64,000 nucleotides of DNA from Acetomicrobium hydrogeniformans (GTDB taxonomy: Bacteria; Synergistota; Synergistia; Synergistales; JAFGMB01). Numbering within the stretch: the stretch's first letter is position 1; each line of letters begins with the position of its first letter. The notes under the pieces are model-generated. The model saw only the letters and a list, made by a program, of their open reading frames with translations. It had not been told where the DNA came from and made no database searches. The position numbers were made by a program, and so were the translations under genes. The DNA lies in assembly GCA_016841745.1 (NCBI GenBank), contig JAENYO010000002.1, positions 422,729 to 486,728 of the forward strand, given 5' to 3'. Of the stretch, positions 28,902 to 38,797 are shown one piece after another.

Positions 28902-30026
28902 ATGCTGTTCGAGTCGACTGAAATGCGGGGTCTGGTGCTAAAAAACCGTTTTGTAAGATCTGCCACGTGGGAGGGTCTTGCAAATGAGGATGGTTCTTGT
29001 ACCTCCAGGCTTATCGATCTCATGGCAGAGCTTGCCATGGGGGGAGTCGGTCTTATCATTTCAGGACATGCTTATGTCAGCAGGGAGGGGCAGGCCAGTC
29101 TCAGGCAGCTTGGGATTTACGACGATAAACTTCTTCCTGATCTTATCGAAATGGCCGATGCTGTTCACCGGGAAGGAGGGAAGATAGCTGTTCAGCTGGC
29201 CCATGGCGGATGTCATGGTGCTATCAAGATCACTGGTCTTGAAACCCTGGGGCCCTCTGTTCCGGATGAAACCAGGGGTTTTTCCTGCAGAGAAATGTCT
29301 GAAAATGATATTGCTGAAACTGTCTTATCCTTTGGCAAGGCTGCACTGAGAGCGAAAACCGCTGGTTTTGATGCTGTTCAGATTCATGCTGCCCACGGTT
29401 ATCTTTTAAGCCAGTTCCTGTCTCCATTCTATAACAGGCGAACAGATGCATATGGAGGATGCCTTGAGAACAGGGTAAGGATAGTTCTTGAAGTCCTGAA
29501 TGCCGTAAGGAGGGCTGTCGGGAAAGATTATCCGTTAATGATAAAGATCAATTCCCAGGATTACCTTGAAGGTGGACTTACGGTGGATGAAATGGTGAAG
29601 GTCTGTATGCTTCTCGAAGATGCCGGGATAGAAGCTATTGAAATGAGTGGCGGTACAGTCAATGAGGGCAGCCGATACAAGGCTAGCAGAACCCTGACCC
29701 TTGAACTTCAGGAAGATGAAGTCTATTACCGGGAAGCTGCGGTTCAATATAAAAAGAAAGTACATGTGCCTCTGATCCTTGTAGGAGGTATCAGATCTTT
29801 CTCTGTGGCTGATAATCTTGTAAGAAATGGTATGGTTGACTATATTGCCCTTTCCAGACCATTTATACGGGAGCCGTTTCTGGTCAATCGATGGAGATCA
29901 GGGGACCTGAGAACAGCAACATGCATTTCCTGTAATGCCTGTTTCAGACCGGCTCGCCAGGGTGAAGGCCTCCATTGTGTCGTTGAGGAATGTATGAATA
30001 ACAAGTTAATGAATAGAGAGTATTGA
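28902..30026 (+). CDS. NADH:flavin oxidoreductase (old yellow enzyme family)
   Basis: NRFVRSATWEG, QLAHGG, HAAHGYLLSQFLSP, RTD.YGG, C-terminal CISCNAC. Confidence 0.92.
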   Translation: MLFESTEMRGLVLKNRFVRSATWEGLANEDGSCTSRLIDLMAELAMGGVGLIISGHAYVSREGQASLRQLGIYDDKLLPDLIEMADAVHREGGKIAVQLAHGGCHGAIKITGLETLGPSVPDETRGFSCREMSENDIAETVLSFGKAALRAKTAGFDAVQIHAAHGYLLSQFLSPFYNRRTDAYGGCLENRVRIVLEVLNAVRRAVGKDYPLMIKINSQDYLEGGLTVDEMVKVCMLLEDAGIEAIEMSGGTVNEGSRYKASRTLTLELQEDEVYYREAAVQYKKKVHVPLILVGGIRSFSVADNLVRNGMVDYIALSRPFIREPFLVNRWRSGDLRTATCISCNACFRPARQGEGLHCVVEECMNNKLMNREY

Positions 30027-30242
30027 TTGAAAACTTTTGATTCCTCTGACACATCACACCTTTATTGTTTCCCTTCTGTGAATCTAGTCATCCACTCCTG
30101 GAGTTCCCTGCATACGTTTTCAAATAATAAAATCCCCTGTTAAATATCATAATTATCTTATGGTTAATTTGACATCTTCTTTTGCTAGATGTAATATTGC
30201 CACTGTGATACAGTGTCTATCTAAATAAGGAGGGAAACCTGA

Positions 30243-30761
30243 ATGAAAAGATCAGGAAAATTGATTATGTATATTCTTGTTATCGTCCTTCTTTTCTCCG
30301 TTATCTCAATTTCAGCTATGGCAGAGGAGAAAACCTGGGGTACAGTATCCAGATATGATATTGTAACCACAGCCCAGAGAGCTGGAGATTTCACAATTCT
30401 TGTAACTGCCATTAAAGCTGCAGGATTTGAAGGTCTTATGAGAGAGCAGAATTCCTATACCGTTTTTGCTCCAACTGACGAAGCTTTTTCTAAGTTACCT
30501 GAAGGAACGGTAGAAAATCTGCTCCTTCCGGAGAACGTTGATCAACTTAAAGCGATCCTTACATATCATGTGATCATAAACAGGAGAATTATCTCTCCGA
30601 TGTTCAGAGGGGTGCATGAACTCAAAACAGTGAATGAAAAGATGCTCAGTGTCAGTTATTCTCCCGCGAAGATCCGCATAAACAATGCCTTTGTTATTCA
30701 ACCTGATATTACTACCAAAAACGGAATGATCCATGTTATCGATACAGTTCTGATACCATAA
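30243..30761 (+). CDS. Secreted fasciclin (FAS1) domain protein
   Basis: Signal peptide; TVFAPTDEAF, ILTYHV, NG.IHVID.VL. Confidence 0.92.
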   Translation: MKRSGKLIMYILVIVLLFSVISISAMAEEKTWGTVSRYDIVTTAQRAGDFTILVTAIKAAGFEGLMREQNSYTVFAPTDEAFSKLPEGTVENLLLPENVDQLKAILTYHVIINRRIISPMFRGVHELKTVNEKMLSVSYSPAKIRINNAFVIQPDITTKNGMIHVIDTVLIP

Positions 30762-30782
30762 CAGGGAGAAACCAGGTTCCAG

Positions 30783-30821
30783 AACAGATGGGGGAAGCCT
30801 GCCAGGCTTTCCCCATCTGTT
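30783..30821. terminator. Bidirectional terminator
   Basis: aacagatgggggaagcctg/caggctttccccatctgtt between convergent genes. Confidence 0.7.
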
Positions 30822-32341
30822 TATCTGCGTAACCACAGCCAGCACTTTAGAAGTTTTGTGACCCAGGGAGTAAGCCTTCTAGCATTATAAATATCTCCAG
30901 CTCTTTTGAATATCTCTGTCTGTGTAGGGTAGGGATGGATGATCTCTGAAAGTTTTCCAATAGTCAAGCCAGCCTTTATGGCTGTTCCGATTTCACTGAT
31001 CATATCTCCAGCATGATTGGCTACAAGAGTTGCCCCAAGGATCTTCCCATTTTTTTCCCCAAAGATAATCTTTAAAAAACCCCTTTCATCTCCTTCAAGG
31101 AGGGCTCTGTCAATTTCAGTCAGAGAAACTTTTATGGAATCAAAATCAAGGCCCCTTTCCGTTGCATCCCTTTCATACATACCTACATGGGCTATCTCAG
31201 GGTCAACATATGTGCACCAGGGGATACAGAGAGAACTGACCTTCCTCTTTCCTGCAAAAAGTGCGTTCTGAAGGGCTATCCTGGCACTGGCATCGGCGGT
31301 ATGGGTAAATTTATACTTCATACAGGAATCTCCTGCAGCATAGATCCTGGGGTTTGTTGTTTGAAGATCATCTTTTACCTTTATCCCATTTCTTTTGTCA
31401 TATTCAACTCCTGCTACCTCCAGGTCCAGATCTTCAAGGTCCGGGGTCCTTCCTGTAGCAATAAGAAATTCGCTTACTCTACAGGTTTTTTCTCCTTCTC
31501 CCTCTGTTTGTATCAGGGCCTCTTTGAAGCCATCCCTGACCCTTATTGTTTTTAATTGGGAGTTAAACATTACGTCGATCCCTTCCTCGATGAATATCTC
31601 AGCTACTATAGACGCTGCATCGGGGTCTTCCTTTGGAAGGAACTGGTGTCCTCGCTGGATGATGGTAACCTTGCTTCCCAGTCTGGAGAAAGCAAGGGCC
31701 AGTTCGCATCCCAGGGGGCCTCCTCCCAGTATCATGAGTGTTTCGGGGATTTCCGGGATATTGAAAATACTTTCGTTCGTTACATATCCGCAGATGTCAA
31801 TTCCTTCTACAGGAGGAATGAAGGTTGTGGCCCCACTGGTGATAATTGCTCTCTTAAATTTAAGAACCCTGTCTTCAACGGAAAGACTATTCCCGGAAGT
31901 GAAGTGCCCCTTACCGAAAAAAAGGTGAATCCCTTCTTTTACAATTCTTTCAGCCGAATCATGTTCACTGATCTTAGATCTTACCTGGCGAAGTCTGGCC
32001 ATGACATCCTGAAAATCAACCTGGAAATCAGAAACCCTGATCCCGAATCGATCCGAATTCCGTATCTCCCTTAACAGTCTGGAACTCCGAATAAGCAGTT
32101 TTGAGGGCACACATCCATAATTCAGGCAGTCTCCTCCCAGAAATGTTTTTTCAACCAGAGCCGTTTTTGCTCCAAGTCTGGCTCCACCTATTGCAGCAAC
32201 CAGTCCAGCTGATCCTGCTCCGATAACAACAAGATCATATGTCCCGGCAGGTACAGGATTTTGCCAGTTCTCCGGATGTACATTTTTCAAGAGGTTCTTA
32301 TTGTAAGTATCCATGGGCATGGGATGACAAAGATCTTCCAT
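30821..32341 (-). CDS. FAD-dependent pyridine nucleotide-disulfide oxidoreductase (Lpd/mercuric-reductase-like)
   Basis: GAGSAG, GGDCLNYGCVPSK, GGGPLG.E, HPYPT; no C-terminal Cys-Cys pair. Confidence 0.88.
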   Translation of the reverse strand: MEDLCHPMPMDTYNKNLLKNVHPENWQNPVPAGTYDLVVIGAGSAGLVAAIGGARLGAKTALVEKTFLGGDCLNYGCVPSKLLIRSSRLLREIRNSDRFGIRVSDFQVDFQDVMARLRQVRSKISEHDSAERIVKEGIHLFFGKGHFTSGNSLSVEDRVLKFKRAIITSGATTFIPPVEGIDICGYVTNESIFNIPEIPETLMILGGGPLGCELALAFSRLGSKVTIIQRGHQFLPKEDPDAASIVAEIFIEEGIDVMFNSQLKTIRVRDGFKEALIQTEGEGEKTCRVSEFLIATGRTPDLEDLDLEVAGVEYDKRNGIKVKDDLQTTNPRIYAAGDSCMKYKFTHTADASARIALQNALFAGKRKVSSLCIPWCTYVDPEIAHVGMYERDATERGLDFDSIKVSLTEIDRALLEGDERGFLKIIFGEKNGKILGATLVANHAGDMISEIGTAIKAGLTIGKLSEIIHPYPTQTEIFKRAGDIYNARRLTPWVTKLLKCWLWLRR

Positions 32342-32560
32342 TTTCTACTCCTTTCCCTTTCTGTTACCTTTTGGGAGATACAGAAGAATTCTTCGGACAA
32401 TAATAATCCCGGATTAGCATCATCGGACCTGTCAGTTGATGAAAAAACGATTGAATACGTCAGAGTGTTCTTTATCTACTATTTAGAATTATATCTTTTT
32501 TTACAGATTTGACCAGAAAAGCAGAAGATAAGAAAAATTTTAAGGTTCCCCTGGTGGATA

Positions 32561-33148
32561 TCAGCCCTTCAAAAGACAGTAAGCTTCGGCCATTCTCTGT
32601 ATTCCTGTGATAATGACCAGAAAAGCAAAAAACAGGGTTAATAATGAGAGATATCTTGAAAAAATTATCATGAGGGAGAATAAAATAAAGCCCTCTGTTC
32701 TCTCTGCCAGGCCAGCCTGATAATAAAAGGATTTTTCTGATCTTTTTGGTGAAAGGGCCCCGACTGTCAGAAAAACCGTCATAGAAAAAAGTATCGTAGA
32801 AATAAGGATCAGAAGGGCCATTCTGGAATCAGGAAACCGTATGGCCAGGGCCAGGATAATGGCTGTCTCGACCAGGCGGTCACCTGTTATATCCAGAACT
32901 GTTCCCCATTGAGATGAGGATCTCCGGGTCCTTGCGATCGTCCCATCCACCGCGTCAAGAAATCCTGATATCCAGAGAAGAGTTACACCTGTAAAGGGAA
33001 AATTTAAAACGACAAGAAGAGATGACAGAATGCCGAGAAGAAAGGCTCCCAGTGTTACCTGATCTGCTTTCAGGTTAATTGTTATACAAAGATCTGCCAC
33101 TCTTTGTACCTGCGGTTGAATCACTTTTCTGGCATAAGTGTCGAGCAT
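32561..33148 (-). CDS. CDP-alcohol phosphatidyltransferase (YnjF-like)
   Basis: D..DG.IAR...WG..LD...D motif; KSFYY..GL.ERTE. Confidence 0.88.
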   Translation of the reverse strand: MLDTYARKVIQPQVQRVADLCITINLKADQVTLGAFLLGILSSLLVVLNFPFTGVTLLWISGFLDAVDGTIARTRRSSSQWGTVLDITGDRLVETAIILALAIRFPDSRMALLILISTILFSMTVFLTVGALSPKRSEKSFYYQAGLAERTEGFILFSLMIIFSRYLSLLTLFFAFLVIITGIQRMAEAYCLLKG

Positions 33149-34215
33149 TCTCTAACCTCCCTTTCATTTTCGAGGAAAACCAGGTCTGTGGGAGAATAAC
33201 TTACGTAAACTTCTTTTCCTGTCAGGCCCTCCAGCTCACCATTGTTTTTCTCTAGGGTTTCCAGGATGAGTCCACGGTGTGTCGTGATTTTACAATGGAC
33301 CATTCCCTGTCTGAATCGGGTTTTCTCAAGAATTGCTCTGAAAGCAAATCTGTCTTCAGGGTGGAATTGTGTTATTTCGAGTGACTCGGGACGAATAATC
33401 AGTTCTCCTTCTCTTTCTCCCTCATGTTTTTCCATGGAAAGCTCCAATCCTTCCAGTGTGAGAAAGAGCCCCTTTTCTGTTCTTCCGGATAGTATATTCG
33501 GTATTCCTAAAAACCGGGCTGTGTAAAGTCTGGATGGTTTTTCATAAAGACTTCGAGGTGTTCCTGTTTCCACTACATTGCCATTTCTCATTATGGACAT
33601 GCGATCGAACATCATAAAGGCTTCTTCCCTGTCATGGGTTACAAAAATGATGGTCATACTGTACTTTTTGTGAATGTCCAGTACGAGTTCACGCATCTCT
33701 TTGCGAAGATTTGGATCAAGAGCGCTGAAGGGCTCATCCATGAGCAGTATCGGGGGATTGGTTACCATTGCTCTTGCAATAGCAACTCGTTGACGTTGAC
33801 CGCCGCTTAATTCCAAGGGGAAACGTTCTCCAAGATCCTTAAGGCCCACTGATGAAAGCATATCGCGAGCCCGGGTGATCCTCTTCGATCTTGGGACCCC
33901 CTTCATTTTCAACCCGAAGGCTACATTCTTCTCTATATTCATGTAGGGGAAAAGCCTGTCCTGTTGAAAAACCATACCGAGCGATCTTTTTTCCGCCGGT
34001 ATTCCGGTGATGTCCCTCCCATTCTGTAGAAGGGAACCTTCATTCACCGGTAGAAGTCCAGCAAGGATCTTCAGCAGAGTAGTCTTGCCACACCCGGATT
34101 CTCCGATGAGTCCAAAAAATTCCCCATGTTTTACCTGGAGATTTTGAATATAAAGGTGAAAGTCCATGAAAGGAGCATATGATTTCTTTAAATTGAATAT
34201 TCCTATATCAGCTAT
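33121..34215 (-). CDS. ABC transporter ATP-binding protein (YnjD/PotA-like)
   Basis: GESGCGKTT, LSGGQRQRVA, MDEPF, VTHD; start possibly ATA 34215 (first ATG is 34167). Confidence 0.9.
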   Translation of the reverse strand: MADIGIFNLKKSYAPFMDFHLYIQNLQVKHGEFFGLIGESGCGKTTLLKILAGLLPVNEGSLLQNGRDITGIPAEKRSLGMVFQQDRLFPYMNIEKNVAFGLKMKGVPRSKRITRARDMLSSVGLKDLGERFPLELSGGQRQRVAIARAMVTNPPILLMDEPFSALDPNLRKEMRELVLDIHKKYSMTIIFVTHDREEAFMMFDRMSIMRNGNVVETGTPRSLYEKPSRLYTARFLGIPNILSGRTEKGLFLTLEGLELSMEKHEGEREGELIIRPESLEITQFHPEDRFAFRAILEKTRFRQGMVHCKITTHRGLILETLEKNNGELEGLTGKEVYVSYSPTDLVFLENEREVRECSTLMPEK

Positions 34216-34217
34216 GA

Positions 34218-35018
34218 TTACATCCTCTTTTCTCTGTATAGTCGGTTCAGAAATACATCAAGGAGAACCATTAACCCCATGGCTACGAGGGCAAAAAGTA
34301 TTGAATAGGCTGCTCCTGTGCCCTGATCTCCTCCGTTAATATAAGGGAACATTCTCATAGTAAGGGTGATTACCTGACCTCCTCCTATCAACAGGGTGAT
34401 AACGTACTGGCTCATAGAGATCAGAATGGTCAAAGCAGAACCAACAATAATACCGGGAAGCAGGAAAGGGAATACGACATGGGCAAACCTTCTGATCCTT
34501 CCTGCCCCAAGTGTTTTTGCCTGTTCTTCCCATTCAAAACCCAACCTGGAAAAACTTATTGTTGTTGCCCTGATCATATAGGGTAGAGTTGGCAGCATAT
34601 GGGCCAGGACAACTCCAGAAAGTTTTTCTGTCAGTCCCAGGGTGATAAATGTTCTGTGGAGCCCCATCAAAATAACAATAGGGGGGACCAGTATGGGAAG
34701 CATTAATATAATTTCCAGGACACCTTTAAAGGGGAACTTGTACCTGCCGAGGGCATCTCCAGCAGGGATAGCAATTACAGCATTGATTATAGTAACTACA
34801 ACAGCTATATGAAGACTAACTCCTATGGAGTGCCAGGTTCCTGAAGCTGTACCCAGAACATATTTCCATGCTCTAAGTGAAAATTCTGAAGGCAGGATGT
34901 CAGGCCAGGACCATCCCCCTGAAAAACTCAGCATAAAAAGATAGAGTATGGGAAAGATTCCTGCGATCAGAAAAAGACCGAATACGATAAAAAGCATGAG
35001 CATGAATACCCTTTTCAT
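34218..35018 (-). CDS. ABC transporter permease (YnjC C-half-like)
   Basis: W.WP..LP, EEQAKTLGA EAA loop. Confidence 0.88.
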   Translation of the reverse strand: MKRVFMLMLFIVFGLFLIAGIFPILYLFMLSFSGGWSWPDILPSEFSLRAWKYVLGTASGTWHSIGVSLHIAVVVTIINAVIAIPAGDALGRYKFPFKGVLEIILMLPILVPPIVILMGLHRTFITLGLTEKLSGVVLAHMLPTLPYMIRATTISFSRLGFEWEEQAKTLGAGRIRRFAHVVFPFLLPGIIVGSALTILISMSQYVITLLIGGGQVITLTMRMFPYINGGDQGTGAAYSILFALVAMGLMVLLDVFLNRLYREKRM

Positions 35019-35902
35019 TACTTGACGATCCTCTTCAAGGGATGTGTTTTTCTGATGAAGGAGTATAAGAAGCCTGTCATAAGTATTGTAAGAAGGATAA
35101 GTATGTTTACCGCCATTGCTGTCGGCTGACCGGAAAGGTCTCCTCTGCTGTATATTTCGTATGAGGATACGGAAAGCACTTTGGGATAGGTGACTCCAAG
35201 AATAAATGGGACTTCATAGGCTCCAAAGGTGTAGGCAAATATGATAAAACAGCCAGTTTCAAGGGGTGTTATCATTATGGGAAAGACTATTTCCCTGAAG
35301 GTCCTGAAGCTGTTCGCACCAAGGACTCTGGCTGTCTCTACCCAGCTATATTCGATTCTCAGTATTACCGGATAAAGGAGCAGGACAAGGAATGGACTTG
35401 TTTTCCATACATAAGCAATAATGATCCCCCAACCGAAGGATTCGTTGGTCATGACAGGGAAACTGGACATTTCTGTTATTAATCCCGTTCTGAAGAGTAT
35501 CCGTGCTATCCATCCGCTCTGGATAAATATAAGAAATATCATGTAGGCAGCAACGATATACGGGAAAACCATAGGTATCTGAAACAATCTCTGGAAATAG
35601 ACACTTCTGTCTCTTTTGCTGTTTATTCGTATCAGGAAAAGACAGTATAGGACGAAAATCGCCAGTAACCCTGATAAAACAGTAGAGATAAAGGCTATTC
35701 TCAGGGTTAGTGAAAAGGATCTCCAAAAATCAAAGGATCCAAGAAGGTCCAGGTAATAGGCAAAAGTAAAATCCGGATCTCCTGCCAGGGGAGCTAATCC
35801 CAGACTCTGGATGACACCGTAGATTATTCCCCCGAAAAAAAGAAAGCCCAGAGATGTAAGAGCCGGTACCAGGAGAAAAAGTGGTTTATTTTTTCCCAAC
35901 AT
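35018..35902 (-). CDS. ABC transporter permease (YnjC N-half-like)
   Basis: SGW.AR, WK..PF, ETARVLGA EAA loop. Confidence 0.88.
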   Translation of the reverse strand: MLGKNKPLFLLVPALTSLGFLFFGGIIYGVIQSLGLAPLAGDPDFTFAYYLDLLGSFDFWRSFSLTLRIAFISTVLSGLLAIFVLYCLFLIRINSKRDRSVYFQRLFQIPMVFPYIVAAYMIFLIFIQSGWIARILFRTGLITEMSSFPVMTNESFGWGIIIAYVWKTSPFLVLLLYPVILRIEYSWVETARVLGANSFRTFREIVFPIMITPLETGCFIIFAYTFGAYEVPFILGVTYPKVLSVSSYEIYSRGDLSGQPTAMAVNILILLTILMTGFLYSFIRKTHPLKRIVK

Positions 35903-37121
35903 TTTCTAACCATTCTTTTTCCAAAGAATCAATATAATCTGATGAAAATTCGGGGACGCCGTAATTTTGCAGTATTTGAGGGGCGATTACAGACTGTCCC
36001 AGGTCTATGGTTTCCAGAAGTTCCTTCTGCTTTATCGTAATTCTGGAAGTGTCTACTACCATACCGTCTCCCCAGACACCAGGTTTGAATTTTTCTATCT
36101 GGGCTTCCGGGGAAAGGAACAGATCTATCGCTACCATTGCTCCCTCTCTTTTTGTTGAATTGAAGGGTATGGCCAGGTAATGGGTATTTGAAAAGGTTCC
36201 TCCTTCCAGAACAAAGGTTCTGGAAGAGTCTGGAAAGAGGCCATTATTTATCTGGTTGAGGGCATGCAGAGGATTGTAATTCATGGTGATCCATACCTCT
36301 CCATTAGCGTATAGCTGGTCCAGGACTCCTATCCCATCCGGGTAGGTCGTGCCCTTCCGCCATAAATATGGCTTTATATCATTAAGGAAGTTCCATGCCT
36401 TTTCGTTGCTATTATCCAGGATACCCTGTTGTTTCTTTTCCTGGTATCTTTTATACCCTCCATACTCTTCCAGGAGAACGTGTCGTACAAAGGAACTGCC
36501 GGTAAAGTCCGGAGGGGCGGGGTAGGTGAATCGTCCAGGATGTTCCCTGATCCATCGTCCCAGTTCCCCAATCGATTTCGGGGGGATCTGGATATTGTTA
36601 CTGTCATAAACAAAAATAAACTGGGCTTTTCCCCAGGGAGCTTCATACCCGTCAGTAGGATAATTGAAATCAAAGTTCAGATCTTCTGCTGCCATGTCGA
36701 CATATTTGAGGTAATTGGGCAGTTTTCCAGTGAAGGGTCCAAAAAGAAGATCATTTTCCCTTGCAAGTTTGAAATTTTCACCATTGATCCAGATTATGTC
36801 AGCGCTTCCTTCGAGTTTTTTCATCGCTTTCTCAGTAAGAAGCTTGTTGATTATCTGCCTGATATCCGTTACCGGTATCCTGCGAATGGTTATGCCATAT
36901 TCTTTCTTCATACGGGGTGCTATCCATTCATCTATATAAAGATTGGTGCCGTTATTTCCGCCCCACATATACATGTTAATGGTCTGGCCATTGCTTTTTT
37001 GCAGGATGGAATCCCAATTCGCTTCCAGGAGCCCCCCTTTTTCACTGGAAATGGCACTTTGGAGAGGGAATATGCAAATGGCGATCAAAAGCATCAGCAT
37101 TGTGAGTGTTAATTTTCTCAT
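35886..37121 (-). CDS. ABC transporter substrate-binding protein (YnjB-like)
   Basis: Signal peptide; MWGG, D.IWINGENF, PWG.AQF, GRFTYP.PPDFTG, NTHYLAIP.N. Confidence 0.88.
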   Translation of the reverse strand: MRKLTLTMLMLLIAICIFPLQSAISSEKGGLLEANWDSILQKSNGQTINMYMWGGNNGTNLYIDEWIAPRMKKEYGITIRRIPVTDIRQIINKLLTEKAMKKLEGSADIIWINGENFKLARENDLLFGPFTGKLPNYLKYVDMAAEDLNFDFNYPTDGYEAPWGKAQFIFVYDSNNIQIPPKSIGELGRWIREHPGRFTYPAPPDFTGSSFVRHVLLEEYGGYKRYQEKKQQGILDNSNEKAWNFLNDIKPYLWRKGTTYPDGIGVLDQLYANGEVWITMNYNPLHALNQINNGLFPDSSRTFVLEGGTFSNTHYLAIPFNSTKREGAMVAIDLFLSPEAQIEKFKPGVWGDGMVVDTSRITIKQKELLETIDLGQSVIAPQILQNYGVPEFSSDYIDSLEKEWLENVGKK

Positions 37122-37331
37122 TTACTATCACCTCCTTTTGTAATTAATGAACAATTTATTTTAATCAGGGTAACGTTGTATTTTATAAGGATTCTACGTT
37201 CTGTTATATAATAAACTAAGAAGTCTTTCAATTACCTGATTAAATAAAAAGGAAGATATGCCCTTGCAGACAAGGGAGATGATGTTATTACACAGGAAAA
37301 AGCGCGGGTAAGTTATGTCCTTCCACTTCTT

Positions 37332-37955
37332 ATGGTGGCGGTTTTAGTGACAGTAATAATTCTTCTTCGAGTTACTGGAGGAATCGAGAAATTCCAGGAT
37401 ATATGTGCAGATCTCGAATGTCTTGGGCGATGGGCTCCCCTTGGATTTATCGGTCTTTATATACTTGCTGTAGTATTAGCTATCCCGGGAAGTGCTCTGA
37501 CTGCCCTTGCTGGTGTTCTTTTCGGTTCTATCCGGGGAGTCGTATACGTTTCCATTGCATCTACTCTGGGAGCCACCCTTGCTTTTCTTATCGCCCGCTA
37601 TCTGGCCAGGGATTTTATTTCAGCAAAACTGTCCAGGAGTGAAGCTTTCAGGAAACTGGATGATATGTCCGATAAATATGGAGTCTGGATCGTCGCCATA
37701 GTAAGACTGGTACCTATCTTCCCCTTCAATCTGATCAATTACGGTCTTGGCCTTACCCGGGTGAGTCTTTTCAATTATGTGTTCTTTTCCTGGCTTTTCA
37801 TGCTTCCTGGAACTTTTCTTTATGTTGCCGGTGGAGACGCTCTGAAAAGGGCTGTTTCTGAAGGGACCATTCCCTGGAAACTTGTCCTGCTGGTAGTCCT
37901 GATAGGTCTTATCCTTTATTTTCTTGCAAGAAAGTTTAAAAAAAGGCTTAAATGA
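37332..37955 (+). CDS. TVP38/TMEM64 (VTT/DedA) family membrane protein
   Basis: PG..LT...G..FG, RL.P.FPF...NY..GLT; frame is open upstream to a possible ATT start at 37287. Confidence 0.88.
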   Translation: MVAVLVTVIILLRVTGGIEKFQDICADLECLGRWAPLGFIGLYILAVVLAIPGSALTALAGVLFGSIRGVVYVSIASTLGATLAFLIARYLARDFISAKLSRSEAFRKLDDMSDKYGVWIVAIVRLVPIFPFNLINYGLGLTRVSLFNYVFFSWLFMLPGTFLYVAGGDALKRAVSEGTIPWKLVLLVVLIGLILYFLARKFKKRLK

Positions 37956-38756
37956 TCATTTTCTTATGAAAGGCAGTTTTAGAAGCATCAGAAGAGGAAG
38001 GTTCCCTGGCTGTTTTGAATCGGGCAGCCCCAGAGTCATTTTAAGCTGTCCCGCTGAAGAAACAGGAGTGTAATTACCAAAAAGCCTGTCCCACCAGGAA
38101 AAAGAAAAACCGTAATTACTGTTCATCTCCCTGTTTATAACCGAATGGTGGATTCGATGCATATCCGGTGTAACTATGATGAGTCTTAAAAACCTGTCAA
38201 TATCCGAAGGGATATAGACGTTGGAATGGTTAAATAGTGAAGCTCCGTTCAATATCACCTCGAAAGTCAGAACTGCCACAGGAGGACATCCCAGAAGAAG
38301 TATAACAACGCCCTTCAGTAGGAGAGAAAAGAGTATTTCCATGGGGTGGAAACGGATACCTGATGTGATGTCGAGATCCATATCGGTATGATGAACCCCG
38401 TGGATCTTTCTAAGAAAATGATGCTTGTGAAAAAGCACATGCTGAAAATAGACAGTCAGATCCAGAACCAGAACCGAGACCAGAAAGGCTACTACAGGAG
38501 TATTTCTGGTCATATTGAAAAGACCGGTTTTCCATGATACAGCTAAAAGAGCGAACCCGGTTGCCCCTAAAGGAGATATAAGTCTTTCCACGATAATATT
38601 GCTCCCCGCAAGGGTCAAGTTGATCTTCCAGCGGAGAGGTTTCGAGATTGACAGTTTTCGCTTGGGAAATTTTACTTCCCAGGCGGACATGGAAAGAAAA
38701 ATTACCAGTGAAAATATTATTCTCGTGTTCCTTGCCAGATCTGACAATAAGGTCAC
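37956..38756 (-). CDS. Sterol desaturase / fatty acid hydroxylase family
   Basis: His boxes Y.QH..FH, H.VHH, FNHSN, HRIHHS; NYG...WWDRLF. Confidence 0.85.
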   Translation of the reverse strand: MTLLSDLARNTRIIFSLVIFLSMSAWEVKFPKRKLSISKPLRWKINLTLAGSNIIVERLISPLGATGFALLAVSWKTGLFNMTRNTPVVAFLVSVLVLDLTVYFQHVLFHKHHFLRKIHGVHHTDMDLDITSGIRFHPMEILFSLLLKGVVILLLGCPPVAVLTFEVILNGASLFNHSNVYIPSDIDRFLRLIIVTPDMHRIHHSVINREMNSNYGFSFSWWDRLFGNYTPVSSAGQLKMTLGLPDSKQPGNLPLLMLLKLPFIRK

Positions 38757-38797
38757 TCCTTTTCGGGGTCCATTATGAAAATATCGGACAGGTCTGG

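Noticed and set aside
30821-32341. merA mercuric reductase
   Set aside because: Lacks the C-terminal Cys-Cys pair and any mer operon context.
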